64,000 nt of DNA from Eledone cirrhosa (taxonomy: Eukaryota), in NCBI GenBank assembly GCA_964016885.1, contig OZ024747.1, positions 14,942,001 through 15,006,000 of the forward strand. Direction: 5' to 3'. A program made the position numbers and the translations under genes. Positions 39,508-53,668 of the stretch are shown here, in pieces; the first letter of the stretch is position 1; each line of letters starts with the position of its first letter. The notes under the pieces were generated by a model that saw only the letters and a program-made list of their open reading frames with translations, was not told the origin of the DNA and made no database searches.

Positions 39508-40218
39508 AATAAATCGCAGTTCGACGCACTTAAACTACAAATTGGTTCCATGACTCTTTACTTGAAACCAATATTAGTGTTATTACACATTTTGGCAGGA
39601 GGAAACTTATATCATTATCAAAAAATGTTTTTCCTAAATGTATGAATATATACAAACGCACACATACATACACGGTTTTGTTTATATATATGTATATGTG
39701 CGTGGGTGTGCGTGTATTGTGTGTATTACTTCAATTCACCAATATATATTCACCTTCCATAATTCTACATATTTATATCTTTGCATGAGGCACCACAATA
39801 CCCCCAAAATATATATTCAATATATTTCTTGCAAACTAAATATAAATTACCTGCAAGCATTCGTGTACAATTTTAACCAAAACCTAAACTCTTGTCATCT
39901 TTAAACCAACTATATCGTGAACTATACATTATGTCAATACGTTTTAGAATGTACCAATTCAATAACTAAAATGAATAAATTATGGCCGAGTATACTTTCA
40001 TTTTTCATTTTCTAATTTAGGAACACATTTCTTTTACATACACGGCCCATATGTAAGATTTTCTGGCTGTGTGATTAAGGTTCCGCTTAACGACAACCTG
40101 TTTCTTGTATCAGTGATGTCGCGGTGAAACTTGGAAAGGTGTCTTTAACTATAGCTACGGTTTAACCAAAGAATTTTGAATGGAATATCGTACATAGAAG
40201 CTACAAATGTCCGTCATC

Positions 40219-40260
<42 letters not shown>

Positions 40261-40285
40261 TCTCTCCCTCCCCCCTTCTCTCTCT

Positions 40286-40367
<82 letters not shown>

Positions 40368-40368
<1 letters not shown>

Positions 40369-40766
40369 TGTAGATAAATCTACCAAAAGTTTACGGTAGT
40401 GTCCAGTCCGTATGAAGAACTCAATGTAATCCGGATATCATGAAAAGAGAAGATGCATTTAAAAACTACTTTCGGTGAAAAATAAACGGAAAACAGAGTC
40501 AAGATAAATTATTAAAAAAATAATGAATAAACAAAGAAACAATTCCTTATATTAAAAAAATTCATCATTTTACGATCGTTTCTAGGATATATATGTGTTA
40601 GAGTTGGTATGCATATTCTATAGATCTATGTACAATATTTATACAAACTATCAGAGGGAATATACATACCTACACATATATATATGCTGTCTTCAGAAAA
40701 AATGATGAATTTTTTTAATATAAGGAATTGTTTCTTTGTTTATTCATTATTTTTTTAATAATTTAT
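40368..40766 (-). mobile_element. Second copy of the 20926-21280 hammerhead element, with terminal fold-back (40504-40571 / 40699-40766)
   Basis: Minus strand: TTT-CTGAAGA-[long stem II]-GAAA-CGATCG-TA-AAATGATGAA (GUA triplet). (TA)n on both sides. Confidence 0.8.
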
Positions 40767-40785
40767 ATATATATATATATATATA

Positions 40786-41059
40786 TGTAAGAATATTTTC
40801 GAAACAGTGAGTTGGTTTGAAATTATTAGAAATGTAAGCTATCGCCGTATTTTGACTAAAGAAATTAAAGAAATTATTTAGCCTGATAGTGGGGTTAAGA
40901 ACCCTCGGAGAATTGGAAAAAGATAAGTATTTTTGCGTACATGTACGTCAATACTCATCTTTTTCCATTTCTCCGAGGGTTCTTAACCCCACTATCAGGC
41001 TAAATAATTTCTTTAATTTCTTTAGTCAAAATACGGCGACAGCTTACATTTCTAATAAT
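40786..41059. mobile_element. Second palindromic copy of the 28198 family (arms 40822-40941 / 40942-41059)
   Basis: Shares CCGTATTTTTGACTAA...AGCCTGATA.TGGGGTT.AGAACCCTC...GGAAAAAGAT.AGTATT. Folds at CGTACA|TGTACG with no loop. Confidence 0.88.
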
Positions 41060-41190
41060 ATATATATATATACATATACATATACTGTCAAGACATTTTG
41101 TAGACTAAATAAAGCCCAAAAAGTGCTATATATTAAGTACAAATGTAAAGTATATTATTATTAACATTTTCTCCACACAGTTGCCTGCAG

Positions 41191-41235
<45 letters not shown>

Positions 41236-41589
41236 TGTGTGTTTGTGTCTGTGTGCATGTCTATGGTTACCTCTCGTATTTTAGACGCTCGACATAAGAG
41301 ATAGACAATATACGAACAACTAATAATAATATAACTTATTGTAGAGGACTGGAATAACTGCCGTCTAACACTAAATCCAGCTAAAGAATAAATGAATTCT
41401 ACGACGTATTGCAGAGATGGTTTTGAAGCCAGTGATATTCTTGTCTCTCTAGATTCGTATATTTTCTGTTGAACCAAATAACATTTATGTATGCCAGAGG
41501 AAGAATAGACAATTTCTTTTTGATTATTTCAGCATTCAATATTTCAGGATATTGCATATTCTTGGAATAATTCTTTGTAATTTGGCTAT

Positions 41590-41762
41590 GCAATTGGGGG
41601 GAAGTAAATCTCGATTACATTGACCCCCAGTATTTGACTGGTACTATATTTTAACTGCCTTGAATGGTGAATTGCAAAGCTGAACTCGGCGAGATTTGTA
41701 CTCAAAACAAATTCCGCAATGGCATTTTGTGCGACGTTCAACTAGTTCTACTATTATACCAC
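41590..41762 (-). mobile_element. Degenerate SINE family A
   Basis: CCCCCAGTATTTGACTGGTACTATATTTT...GCAAAGCTGAACTCGGCGAGATTTGTACTCA. Confidence 0.65.
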
Positions 41763-43359
41763 TGTGTATTCATAAAGGAATAAAATAAAGATAGTGCAGA
41801 AAAAAAAAACGATTTGCGAAACAACACGACTTAGTTAAAATTTACGCATTCACTCGAACTGTTAAAATACAGCAGACAAATTTCCCTGGAGTCACAATAA
41901 ACATTCTTTAAATAGTATATACACAGACTGAACCCTATGCACCTAGATATACAAAAGGCTGGAATTATTACAACTGGAATACATTTGAGTAGTATCGATT
42001 TCTACCGCCATTGCTTGCTTACGAACGGCTACAATTTATCGAATTAACTAAAATCCGGCTGTCAAAACTTCCAGTTTTCTCTCCCCTTGATATAAATTCG
42101 ATGGCGGCGAATTGGAAAAGTCGATACAAGATCAGAGAAATAGCTTTGTCGCATTGGCTACCTCCGCTCTGAGTTCAAATCCCAGCGCGCTCAACTTTGC
42201 TTTTCAACTTTTCGCGGTCAATTCCCCCTCTATATCTCTTTATCACTCTCTTTCTCTCTTCTTTTCTGGGAGATATCGACCATGTTCAAACCTGGAAAAG
42301 GGGTGGCATCCACCAGGTATAAAATACCCACAAAGTATGCCAGGACGGTGCCCTGAAATGGTCAATTGATTACGGAAATTACGGATTCATACACATATAA
42401 ATTTACTGGTGAATGCATGATCAGAAAAAATACTATCACGGAAACAACTTTACCCTGGCAGGAATGTGGAAAGCTCACTTCAGAATCATAACCATTTAGG
42501 TTTGATTCTCCACAGTCGATTGCTGTGCAAGTATTCATTTACTATAGTTTTGTAAGTAGAATTTAGTAGACGGAAAAAATGTGGAAGCACGTCGGGTGGA
42601 CTATACACGTGATTCAAATGTCCTGCCCTCTTAGACTGTGTGTCACTCTAAATCTTCTTAAGAAATAACAAAAGTGCACACGAGTCAATGGAATACACAG
42701 GTACTTACACGTTAATGTCAGGCTGTCCGCATCAATATATGTGCATATATATATATATATACAAGCCATAACCGTATTTCCTATTCTAATCAGTACAGAA
42801 TGAATACAAATTGATTAACGATACATTGTTAGCTATGTAAAGAAAAGAGGAACAACAGAAAAAAAGACACAAAGAAAAGAGTCGTACGGAAAATTATGTA
42901 ATTTAACACGGAGCGAATGGATTAATTTCATAAATGTATGACTGGGAGGACGTGTGCGATCCTGACTGCACTGAAAAACACAACCGTCTCATATCGGCCG
43001 AATTTGTTATATTTCCGTTGTTGGTCGCGTATGGTCGTTTGCAATTGTTATAAAACTGACGTCGTTTTAATTGTTTTAAGCATAACTTGATATACATTAT
43101 TCTATAGACTTGATACATTCGTATGCTTTATAGTGTGTTAAATGTTATTCCTCAAACACTACTTCAGTAAATAATCTATATCAATGATATTTATTCAATA
43201 TGTTCACTCCTTTCTCTCTCTCTCTCTCTCTCTCTCTTTATCTCCCTATATATATATATATATCGACAGTCGATCGACTTTGGTCTAATCGGATCGAGGA
43301 AACAATGTTTCCGTTGGTCTTTCCAGTTGCTAGTACTATCTATCGGTCGCAATTCTAGG

Positions 43360-43482
43360 TAGAAGGAGCAACGTGAAATAAAGTGTCTTGCTCAAGGACA
43401 TAACGCACCGCCTGGTACAGGAATCGAACTGACAACCTCACCATTGCGAATCCAGTTCTCTAACCAATCAGCCACGCGCCTT
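43360..43482 (-). mobile_element. SINE family B 5' part
   Basis: Minus head AGGCGCGTGGCTGATTGGTTAG...AGTTCGATTCC, then CTTGAGCAAGACACTTTATTTCACGTTGCTCC. Confidence 0.8.
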
Positions 43483-43497
43483 ATATATTATTAATAA

Positions 43498-43716
43498 GGA
43501 TTTCTACTATAGGCACAAGGCAAGCAATTTACGGAGAGGGGGAAATTCGATTAAATCGACCCCAGTGTGTTACTGGTACATTAATTATCAACCCCGTAAA
43601 GATGAAAGGTAAAGGTAACCTCGGCGGGATTTGATCTCAGAACGTAAAGGGCTTTACCTCGATTCCACAAAGCATATTGCCCGACGCTCTACCGACGCTG
43701 TCAATCCACCGCCCTA
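43498..43716 (-). mobile_element. SINE family A, full length with TSD
   Basis: 15-bp TSD ATATATTATTAATAA at 43483-43497 and 43717-43731. Confidence 0.92.
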
Positions 43717-43884
43717 ATATATTATTAATAATAAAAAGTGTTAGATCTACATTACGTTTATTCAGGTGTGACGCACGTTTCGCGATTGCTCAGTTTAAGG
43801 TATGATCTGTATCAATCTGGCCCGACTCTAGAATCAAAAGGTCATCGGATTGATGACAGCAATGACAGCACTACCATAACACCA

Positions 43885-46248
43885 TGTGTGCGTGCATATG
43901 TATGTGTGTGTACGTATGTGTGTGTGTGCATGTGTGCGTGTGTGTGTGTGTGCATGTATGTGTGTGCATGTGTGCGTGTGTGTGTGTGAGTATGTGTGCA
44001 TGTGTGTGGGTGTGTGTATGTGTGTGTGTGAGTGTGTGCCTATGTGCATGTGTGTCTGTGCATAAATGCGTGTGTATGTGTGTTTATGTGTGTGTGTGTG
44101 TATGTGTATGTGTGTGCATGTGTGACTGCGTGTGCATATGTGTGTGCATGCGGGCGTGTGTGTGTGTGTGTGTCTGCGTGTGGGCGTGCATGTGTGTGCA
44201 TATGTGTGTATGTGTGCATGTGTGTCCATGTGTGTGTGTATGTGTGTGCGTATGTGCATGTGTGTATCTGTGCATGTGTGTGTATGTGTATGAGTGTGTG
44301 TATGTGTGTGTGTGTATGTGCATGTGTGTGTGTGCATGTGTGTGTGTGTGTGTGCGTATGTAAGTGCATGTGTGTATCTGTGCATGTGTCTGTGCATGTG
44401 TGTGTGTATGTGTGTGTGTGTCTGTGTATGTATGCATGTGCATGTGCATGTGTGTATCTATCCATGTGTGTCTGTACATGTGCGTGTATGTGTGTGTGTG
44501 TCTGTGTATGTATGCATATGCATGTGTGTATCTGTGCATGTGTGTCTGTACATGTGTGTGTGTGTGTGTGTGTATGTATGCATGTGTATGTGCATGTGTG
44601 TATCTGTGCATGGGTGTCTGTACAGGTGTGTGTGTATGTGTGTGTGTGTGTATGTATGCATGTGTATGTGCATGTGTGTATTTGTGCATGTGTGTCTGTG
44701 CATGTGTGTGTGAATGTATGTGTGTGTATGTATGCATATGTAAGTGCATGTGTGTATCTGTGCATGTGTCTGTGCATGTGTGTGTGTATGTGTGTGTGTG
44801 TGTGTTTGTATGTATGCATGTGCATGTGTGTATCTGTGCATATGTGTATGTGCATGTGTGTGTGTATGGGTGTGTGTGTGTGTATGTATGCATGTGTATG
44901 TGCATGTGTGTATATGTGCAAGTGTGTCTGTGCATGTGTGTGTATGTGTGTGTGTATGTATGCATGTGTATGTGCATGTGTGTATCTGTGCATGTGTCTG
45001 TGCATGTGTGTGTGTATGTGTGTGTGTGTATGTATGCATGTGTATGTGCATGTGTGTATCTGTGTATGTGTGTCTGTGCATGTGTGTGTGTATGTGTGTG
45101 TATGTATGCATGTGTATGTGAATGTGTGTATCTGTGCATGTGTGTCTGTGCATGTGTGTGTATATGTGTGTGTGTGTATGTATGCATGTGTATGTGCATG
45201 TGTGTATCTATGCATGTGTGTCTGTACATGTGTGTGTGTATGTGTGTGTGTATATGTGTGTGTGTGTGTATGCATGTGTGTATCTGTGCATATGTGTCTG
45301 TGCATGTGCATGTGTGTATCTGTGCATGTGTTTCTGTGCATGTGTGTGAATGTGTGTGTGTGTATGTATGCATATGTAAGTGCATGTGTGTATCTGTGCA
45401 TGTGTCTCTGTGCATGTGTGTGTGTATGTGTGTGTGTATGCATGTGTAAGTGAATGTGTGTATCTGTGCATGTGTGTCTGTACATGTGTGTGTGTGTATG
45501 TGTGTGTGTATGCATATGTAAGTGCATGTGTGTATCTGTGCATGTGTCTCTGTGCATGTGTGTGTGTATGTGTGTGTGTATGCATGTGTATTTGCATGTG
45601 TGTATCTGTGCATGTGTGTATATGTGCATGTGTGTGTGTATGTGTGTATCTGTGCATATGTGTCTGTACATGTGTGTGTGTATGTGTGTGTGTGTGTGTA
45701 TGTATGCATGTGTATGTGCATGTGTGTATCTGTGCATGTATCTCTGTGCATGTGTGTGTGTATGTGTGTGTGTATGCATGTGTATGTGCATGTGTGTATC
45801 TGTGCATGTGTGTATATGTGCATGTGTGTGTGTATGTGTGTATCTGTGCATATGTGTCTGTACATGTGTGTGTGTATGTGTGTGTGTGTGTATGTATGCA
45901 TGTGTATGTGCATGTGTGTATATGTGCATGTGTGTCTGTACATGTGTGTGTGTATGTGTGTGTGTGTGTGTGTATGTATGCATGTGTATGTGCATGTGTG
46001 TATCTGTGCATGTGTCTCTGTACATGTGTGTGTGTGTATGTGTGTGTGTATGCATGTGTATGTGCATGTGTGTATCTGTGCATGTGTGTATCTGTGCATG
46101 TGTGTGTGTATGTGTGTATCTGTGCATGTGTGTATCTGTACATGTGTGTGTGTATGTGTGTGTGTGTGTGTATGTATGCATGTGTATGTGTATGTGCATG
46201 TGTGTATCTGTGCATGTGTGTCTGTGCATGTGTGTGTGTATGTGTGTG
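43885..46248. repeat. 2.4-kb (TG)n-derived complex satellite
   Basis: Almost uninterrupted purine/pyrimidine alternation built from TGTGCATG, TGTGTATC and TGTATG modules. Confidence 0.97.
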
Positions 46249-46505
46249 AAACTTTCCTTCTTTATGGCTAAAAGAAGTCATAAGACAGGTGTGAACTCTA
46301 TCAATGATTTACAACAGGTAATAGAGAAAATATTGCTTTAGGTTTTCAATACAACTTCATTAATATTTTTTCTAGCTTCTCAAATTCTTCTCGGTATTAT
46401 TGCTTCTTTTCTCTTTATCTATCTCTCCCTCTGTTCCTCTCCTTCTCCTATTGTTTATGTTTATATGTACAGCTAACTATCCATCCACATGGCGCTCTCT
46501 ACCTC

Positions 46506-46576
<71 letters not shown>

Positions 46577-46751
46577 TACACACACACACACAGCCACCTA
46601 CAGGCACATCACGCACACACATACTGATTCACTCCTTCATATTATTGCCCTCGTAATACAGACTAGCACTTTACCCATTCCCTGGTTATGTTTGCATGTA
46701 ATATGTATATAGGCATGCACATATATACAAATGTATATATATATGTATATA

Positions 46752-46898
<147 letters not shown>

Positions 46899-47013
46899 GT
46901 ACAGCGGTTGTGACGAAATTGCTGTACCAGAGAAGAAAGTAAAGGTGAGAGATAGAAGGAAATAGATGGATTGGTAGATACTTATATAGACAGTGGGAGA
47001 GAGAGAGAGAGAG

Positions 47014-47087
<74 letters not shown>

Positions 47088-47539
47088 AGAGAGGAGAGGG
47101 AGAGAGAGAGAGAGAGAGTAAATATAAAGGAACGAATGCTGTATTGAGGGAGGAATGAGAGGTGGAAATACTAGACGGGAAGAGAAAGGAGAGGAAAACG
47201 AGAAGTAGAGGTGGTGAGATATAGGTGAATGGAAGAGTGGAATAGAGAGAACATGTGAATGGGATTGTCTCTAGCAGTGCGTATGTGTTTGTGTACGTGC
47301 CTGTGTGTATGTGTTTGTGTATGTGTCTGTATATGTGAATGTGTGCACACTTGTGTATATGTGTAATGTATATATGTGTATGTATGTTCGAATGTATGCA
47401 TGTGTATGTGCTTATATTGGGTCGTCAAGTATGAAATTTGTAGAGATTCGTCGAACAAACACAAATCTTTACAAATTTCATACTTGATGACCCAACATAT
47501 ATAAGTGTGTGTTGGTTTATTTGTGTATATATCCATGTT

Positions 47540-48056
47540 TACATGTGTCTGTGTATGTGTATATATGTGTATATCTGTGTGTATATACGTCTGTGTATAT
47601 GTATATCTGTGTGTATATATCTGTGTGTATGTGTATAGCTGTGTTAATATACGTCTGTGTGTGTGTGTGTGTGTATAGCTGTGTTAATATACGTCTGTGT
47701 GTGTGTGTATAGCTGTGTGTATGTGTATAGCTGTATATACATCTGTGTATGTGTATAGCTGTGTGTATATACGTCTGTGTATGTGTATAGCTGTGTGTAT
47801 GTGTATAGCTGTATATACGTCTGTATATGTGTATAGCTGTGTATATACGTCTGTGTATGTGTATAGCTGTGTGTATATAGGTGTGTGTATGTGTATAGCT
47901 GTGTGTATTTACGTATGTGTATGTGTATAGCTGTGTGTATATAGCTGTGTGTATATAGCTGTGTGTATGTGTATAGCTGTGTGTATATACGTATGTGTAT
48001 GTGTATAGCTGTATGGGTATAGCTGTGTGTACGTGTATAGCTGTGTGTTTGTGTGT
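47540..48056. repeat. Minisatellite built on GTGTATAGCT / ATACGTCT modules
   Basis: Direct reading. Confidence 0.9.
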
Positions 48057-48252
48057 AAGTACTTGTTTTTGTAGATGCTATTATTGGTAGTGTTAATAAA
48101 AGACTAAATGTGTGTCTTTCTATGCGCGTGTATGATTCTTCGTGTATTCGCTTGTGTTTTTGTGTGTATGTCTGTGTTTGCATGTGTATGTTCATTTGTT
48201 CATGTGTATATATGTGTGCGTTGGCCTTTAGGTGTGTGTTTGTGTAATTATT

Positions 48253-48392
48253 GTTTCTACTTTTGGCACAAGGCCAGCAATTACGCAGTGTATTACTGGT
48301 ACTTTATTTTATCGACCCCGTAAGGATGAAAGGCAAAGTTAACCTCGGCGGGATTTGAACTCAGAATGGCAAGGGGCGTAACTCTATGCGAG
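48253..48392 (-). mobile_element. SINE family A, 5'-truncated
   Basis: Nearly identical to 24994-25130. Flanked by GTGTGTTTGTGTAATTAT on both sides. Confidence 0.88.
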
Positions 48393-48719
48393 TTTGTGTA
48401 ACTCTATGTGTGTTTGTGTAATTATGTTTGTGTGTGAGTATTTGTCTCTCTGTGTATGTTTCTCTCTGTCTCTTTCAATGTGTATGTGTATATGGTTATT
48501 TGAGTTCGTTGGTGTCAATGTGTGTATGTATATATATATATATATATATACTGTATATCCCTGTGTGTGTGAATGTGTGTGTATGTCTGTATGTTTATGT
48601 GTGTGTTTGTATATATGTACGTATGTGTAGCTGCCTGTATGTTTATGTGTTTCTATTAATGTGTGAGCGAATGTGTATGTGTATCTCCCTGTATGTCTAT
48701 ATGTATGCTTGCCTCTATG

Positions 48720-49022
48720 TCCATGTGTGGATGTATGTATGTATGTATGTATGTATGTATGTATGTATGTATGTATGTATGTATGTATGTATGTACGTGT
48801 CTATGTGTGTCTGAGTGTGTGTGAGAGTGTGAGTGTGTGCCTGCCTGGCTGTATATCTATTTGTATGTTCGTGTGTGTGTTTTGTCTGTGCATATGTGTG
48901 GATGTATGTATGTATGTATGTATGTACGTGTCTATGTGTGTCTGAGTGTGTGTGAGAGTGTGAGTGTGTGTCTGCCTGGCTGTATATCTATTTGTATGTT
49001 CGTGTGTGTGTTTGGTCTGTGC

Positions 49023-49053
<31 letters not shown>

Positions 49054-49491
49054 TGTATGTATGTATGTATGTATGTATGTATGTATGTATGTACGTGTCT
49101 ATGTATGTATGTACGTGTCTATGTGTGTCTGAGTGTGTGGGAGAGTGTGAGTGTGTGTCTGCCTGGCTGTATATCTATTTGTATGTTCGTGTGTGTGTTT
49201 TGTCTGTGCATATGTGTGTATGTATGTATGTATGTATGTATGTATGTATGTATGTATGTATGTATGTACGTGTCTATGTGTGTCTGAGTGTGTGTGAGAG
49301 TGTGAGTGTGTGCCTGCCTGGCTGTATATGTATTTGTATGTTCGTGTGTGTGTTTTGTCTGTGCATATGTGTGGATGTATGTATGTATGTATGTACGTGT
49401 CTATGTGTGTCTGAGTGTGTGTGAGAGTGTGAGTGTGTGCCTGCCTGGCTGTATATGTATTTGTATGTTCGTGTGTGTGTTTTGTCTGTGC

Positions 49492-49522
<31 letters not shown>

Positions 49523-51320
49523 CGTGTCTATGTGTGTCTGAGTGTGTGTGAGAGTGTGAGTGTGTGCCTGCCTGGCTGTATATCTATTTGTATGTTCGTG
49601 TGTGTGTTTTGTCTGTGCATATGTGTGTCTGTATGTATGTATGTGTGTATGTATGTATGTATGTACGTATCTATGTGTGTCTGAGTGTGTCTGAGTGTGT
49701 GGGAGAGTGTGAGTGTGTGTCTGCCTGGCTGTATATCTATTTGTATGTTCGAGTGTGTGGTTTGTCTGTGCATATGTGTGGATGCATGTATGTATGTATG
49801 TATGTATGTATGTATGTACGTGTCTATGTGTGTCTGAGTGTGTCTGAGTGTGTGGGAGAGTGTGAGTGTGTGCCTGCCTGGCTGTATATCTATTTGTATG
49901 TTCGTGTGTGTGTTTTGTCTGTGCATATGTGTGTCTGTATGTATGTATGTGTGTATGTATGTATGTATGTACGTGTCTATGTGTGTCTGAGTGTGTGTGA
50001 GAGTGTGGGAGAGTGTGAGTGTGTGCCTGCCTGGCTGTATATCTATTTGTATGTTCGAGTGTGTGTTTTGTCTGTGCATATGTGTGGATGGATGTATGTA
50101 TGTATGTATGTATGTATGTATGTATGTATGTATGTACGTGTCTATGTGTGTCTGAGTGTGTCTGAGTGTGTGGGAGAGTGTGAGTGTGTGCCTGCCTGGC
50201 TGTATATCTATTTGTATGTTCGTGTGTGTGTTTTGTCTGTGCATATGTGTGGATGTATGTATGTATGTGTGTATGTATGTATGTATGTATGTATGTATGT
50301 ATGTATGTATGTATGTATGTATGTACGTGTCTATGTGTGTCTGAGTGTGTGTGAGAGTGTGAGCGTGTGCCTGCCTGGCTGTATATCTATTTGTATGTTC
50401 GTGTGTGTGTTTTGTCTGTGCATATGTGTGGATGCATGTATGTATGTATGTATGTATGTATGTACGTGTCTATGTGTGTCTGAGTGTGTCTGAGTGTGTG
50501 GGAGAGTGTGAGTGTGTGCCTGCCTGGCTGTATATCTATTTGTATGTTCGAGTGTGTGTTTTGTCTGTGCATATGTGTGGATGCATGTATGTATGTATGT
50601 ATGTATGTATGTATGTATGTATGTATGTATGTACGTGTCTATGTGTGTCTGAGTGTGTCTGAGTGTGTGGGAGAGTGTGAGTGTGTGCCTGCCTGGCTGT
50701 ATATCTATTTGTATGTTCGTGTGTGTGTTTTGTCTGTGCATATGTGTGGATGTATGTATGTATGTATGTATGTATGTATGTATGTGTGTATGTATGTACG
50801 TGTCTATGTGTGTCTGAGTGTGTGTGAGAGTGTGAGTGTGTGCCTGCCTGGCTGTATATCTATTTGTATGTTCGTGTGTGTGTTTTGTCTGTATGTATGT
50901 ACGTGTCTATGTGTGTCTGAGTGTGTGTGAGAGTGTGAGTGTGTGTCTGCCTGGCTGTATATCTATTTGTATGTTTGAGTGTGTGTTTTGTCTGTGCATA
51001 TGTGTGGATGTATGTATGTATGTATGTATGTACGTGTCTATGTGTGTCTGAGTGTGTGTGAGAGTGTGAGTGTGTGTCTGCCTGGCTGTATATCTATTTG
51101 TATGTTCGAGTGTGTGTTTTGTCTGTGCATATGTGTGGATGTATGTATGTATGTATGTATGTATGTATGTATGTATGTATGTATGTACGTGTCTATGTGT
51201 GTCTGAGTGTGTCTGAGTGTGTGGGAGAGTGTGAGTGTGTGCCTGCTTGGCTGTATATCTATTTGTATGTTCGTGTGTGTGTTTTGTCTGTGCATATGTG
51301 TGGATGTATGTATGTATGTG
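48720..51320. repeat. Minisatellite, about 17 units of ~105-190 bp, each containing a variable (TATG)n
   Basis: Unit core CGTGTCTATGTGTGTCTGAG...CTGCCTGGCTGTATATCTATTTGTATGTTCG...TTTTGTCTGTGCATATG, counted by eye. Confidence 0.97.
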
Positions 51321-51614
51321 TAAGGCGCTGGTATTATTGGTGTTATTGAAAGACGACAACGTATAGTCACCTGTTGGATGTTTCCAATTGTACAATGCAG
51401 CTGTATTGGCAAGCGAACATATTTCGATGTTCACGTCATGTGTACATTAATTAGTGTCAGACGCTGTTGGAATGGATGGATTAGTGTCACTTGCCTTGCT
51501 GGGCATGGCTTGCCTTGTCAAAGATCATGCTTGACCTCTCTCTTATAGAGATACAGAGATACAAGCACACGTTATTGCTATTTGCACTCATACACATATA
51601 CGCACACACACACA

Positions 51615-52148
<534 letters not shown>

Positions 52149-52368
52149 AATACTCAGAAGACGCACACTCAGAAGGCATACATATACTCATATACACACG
52201 AACATATGTATATATATGTATATATATGTGTGTATCCTACGATATACGGGCACATAAAAACACACTGAAACACATACACATAAAAACACGCGTAGGTTAG
52301 ATGAACTTAAACGCAATAGCAAAGAGATAGATAATTGTACATATACGTATACATGTATATACTCATAT

Positions 52369-52443
<75 letters not shown>

Positions 52444-52474
52444 CACAAGTACATATAAGCGTATGCATATATGC

Positions 52475-52508
<34 letters not shown>

Positions 52509-52909
52509 GAGTGTGTGTCTGTGTGTGTTAGTGTGCATCTGTGTGTCAGTGTCTTTGTGCCTGTGTGTCTGTGTGAACATATATGTATAAAGGTATATAT
52601 ATAAATGTGAGCCTATATATGGAGAGCAGGGGGTTACAAGACTGAGAGCAGGGGGTTACAATAGAGAGAGGTGGACAGGAAGGTGGAGAAACTACATAGA
52701 TTAATGGAGGAGAAGACAGAACTGCACTCTTTGTTTTTTATTAACCTGTCCTTCAACCGCCATTGAACCTTGTGTACCTGTCTATTTACTGCCTGGCTAA
52801 TTTGTTTTTGATTGTTTTGTTTTGCGAAGATAATCATTTAACACGCTTATGTAGACATGGGTACGCACACACAAACACACGTACATGCATGCATACTAAC
52901 ACACACACG

Positions 52910-53001
<92 letters not shown>

Positions 53002-53380
53002 TACATGCATGTATACGTACATACACACATACAAGCATACATGCATTCATGCATGTATGCCTACATACACACATACATACATACATTCACAATGCATCAT
53101 ACACACATACATACATTCATGCATGCATGCATGTATACATGCACTCATGCTTGTATACATACACACACACAAACATACATGCATGAATGCATGTATGCAT
53201 ACATACATACGCACATACAAGCATACATTCAAACATACATACATTCGCACATACATTCTTACATACATACATGCATACATGCATACACACGTACATACAT
53301 ACATTCATTCATGCATGTATTCATACAAACCCACATACAAGCATACATGCATACATACACACATACATACACACATACAT

Positions 53381-53668
53381 GATGGCTGCCCCCTCGTTAT
53401 CGAGTATGGCCATTGCACGATACAACATTATTAATAATTATGAATTAGGCTATAGTGCAATGCCTGTGCGTGAAGATTTTTATTTAATTGAGAAAAGACT
53501 GTGCACGGAGCCAATCCTACTCTCTGGGGGACAGTAGCTATAACCCGAAAAGAAGAAAAGATCAACATCATCGGTAACTACTGAGCCGCAGGTTTTATGT
53601 CGGAGTTATCCCAGTTTCCTGAGTTGCCTTCTCCCAGAAGAATGCCCTGACAAAGACTAGGGGTCCTT
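53381..53668 (-). mobile_element. RTE-derivative relative of 8438-9072, inserted in (CATA)n
   Basis: Shares GGCTGCC..CTCGTT.TCGAGTA.GGCCA, GCAATGCCTGTGC.TGAAG.TTT and AAAAGAAGAA.A..TCAACATCAT.GG. Confidence 0.65.

Noticed and set aside
43765-43800. Hammerhead-like half (minus GC-GAAA-CGTGCG-TC-ACAC); similar halves near 15495, 20000 and 58025
   Set aside because: No CUGANGA or UUGANAA strand and no stem I partner, so these are not counted as ribozymes.
44032-46341. ORFs of up to 729 aa (His/Thr-rich or Cys/Val-rich, metallothionein-like)
   Set aside because: Open in most frames on both strands, which is a property of (TG)n-derived satellite.
48720-51320. Repeat-spacer (CRISPR-like) pattern and long C/V/M/Y ORFs
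   Set aside because: The spacers are only (TATG)n length variants. The ORFs result from a lack of stop codons in TG-rich repeat.
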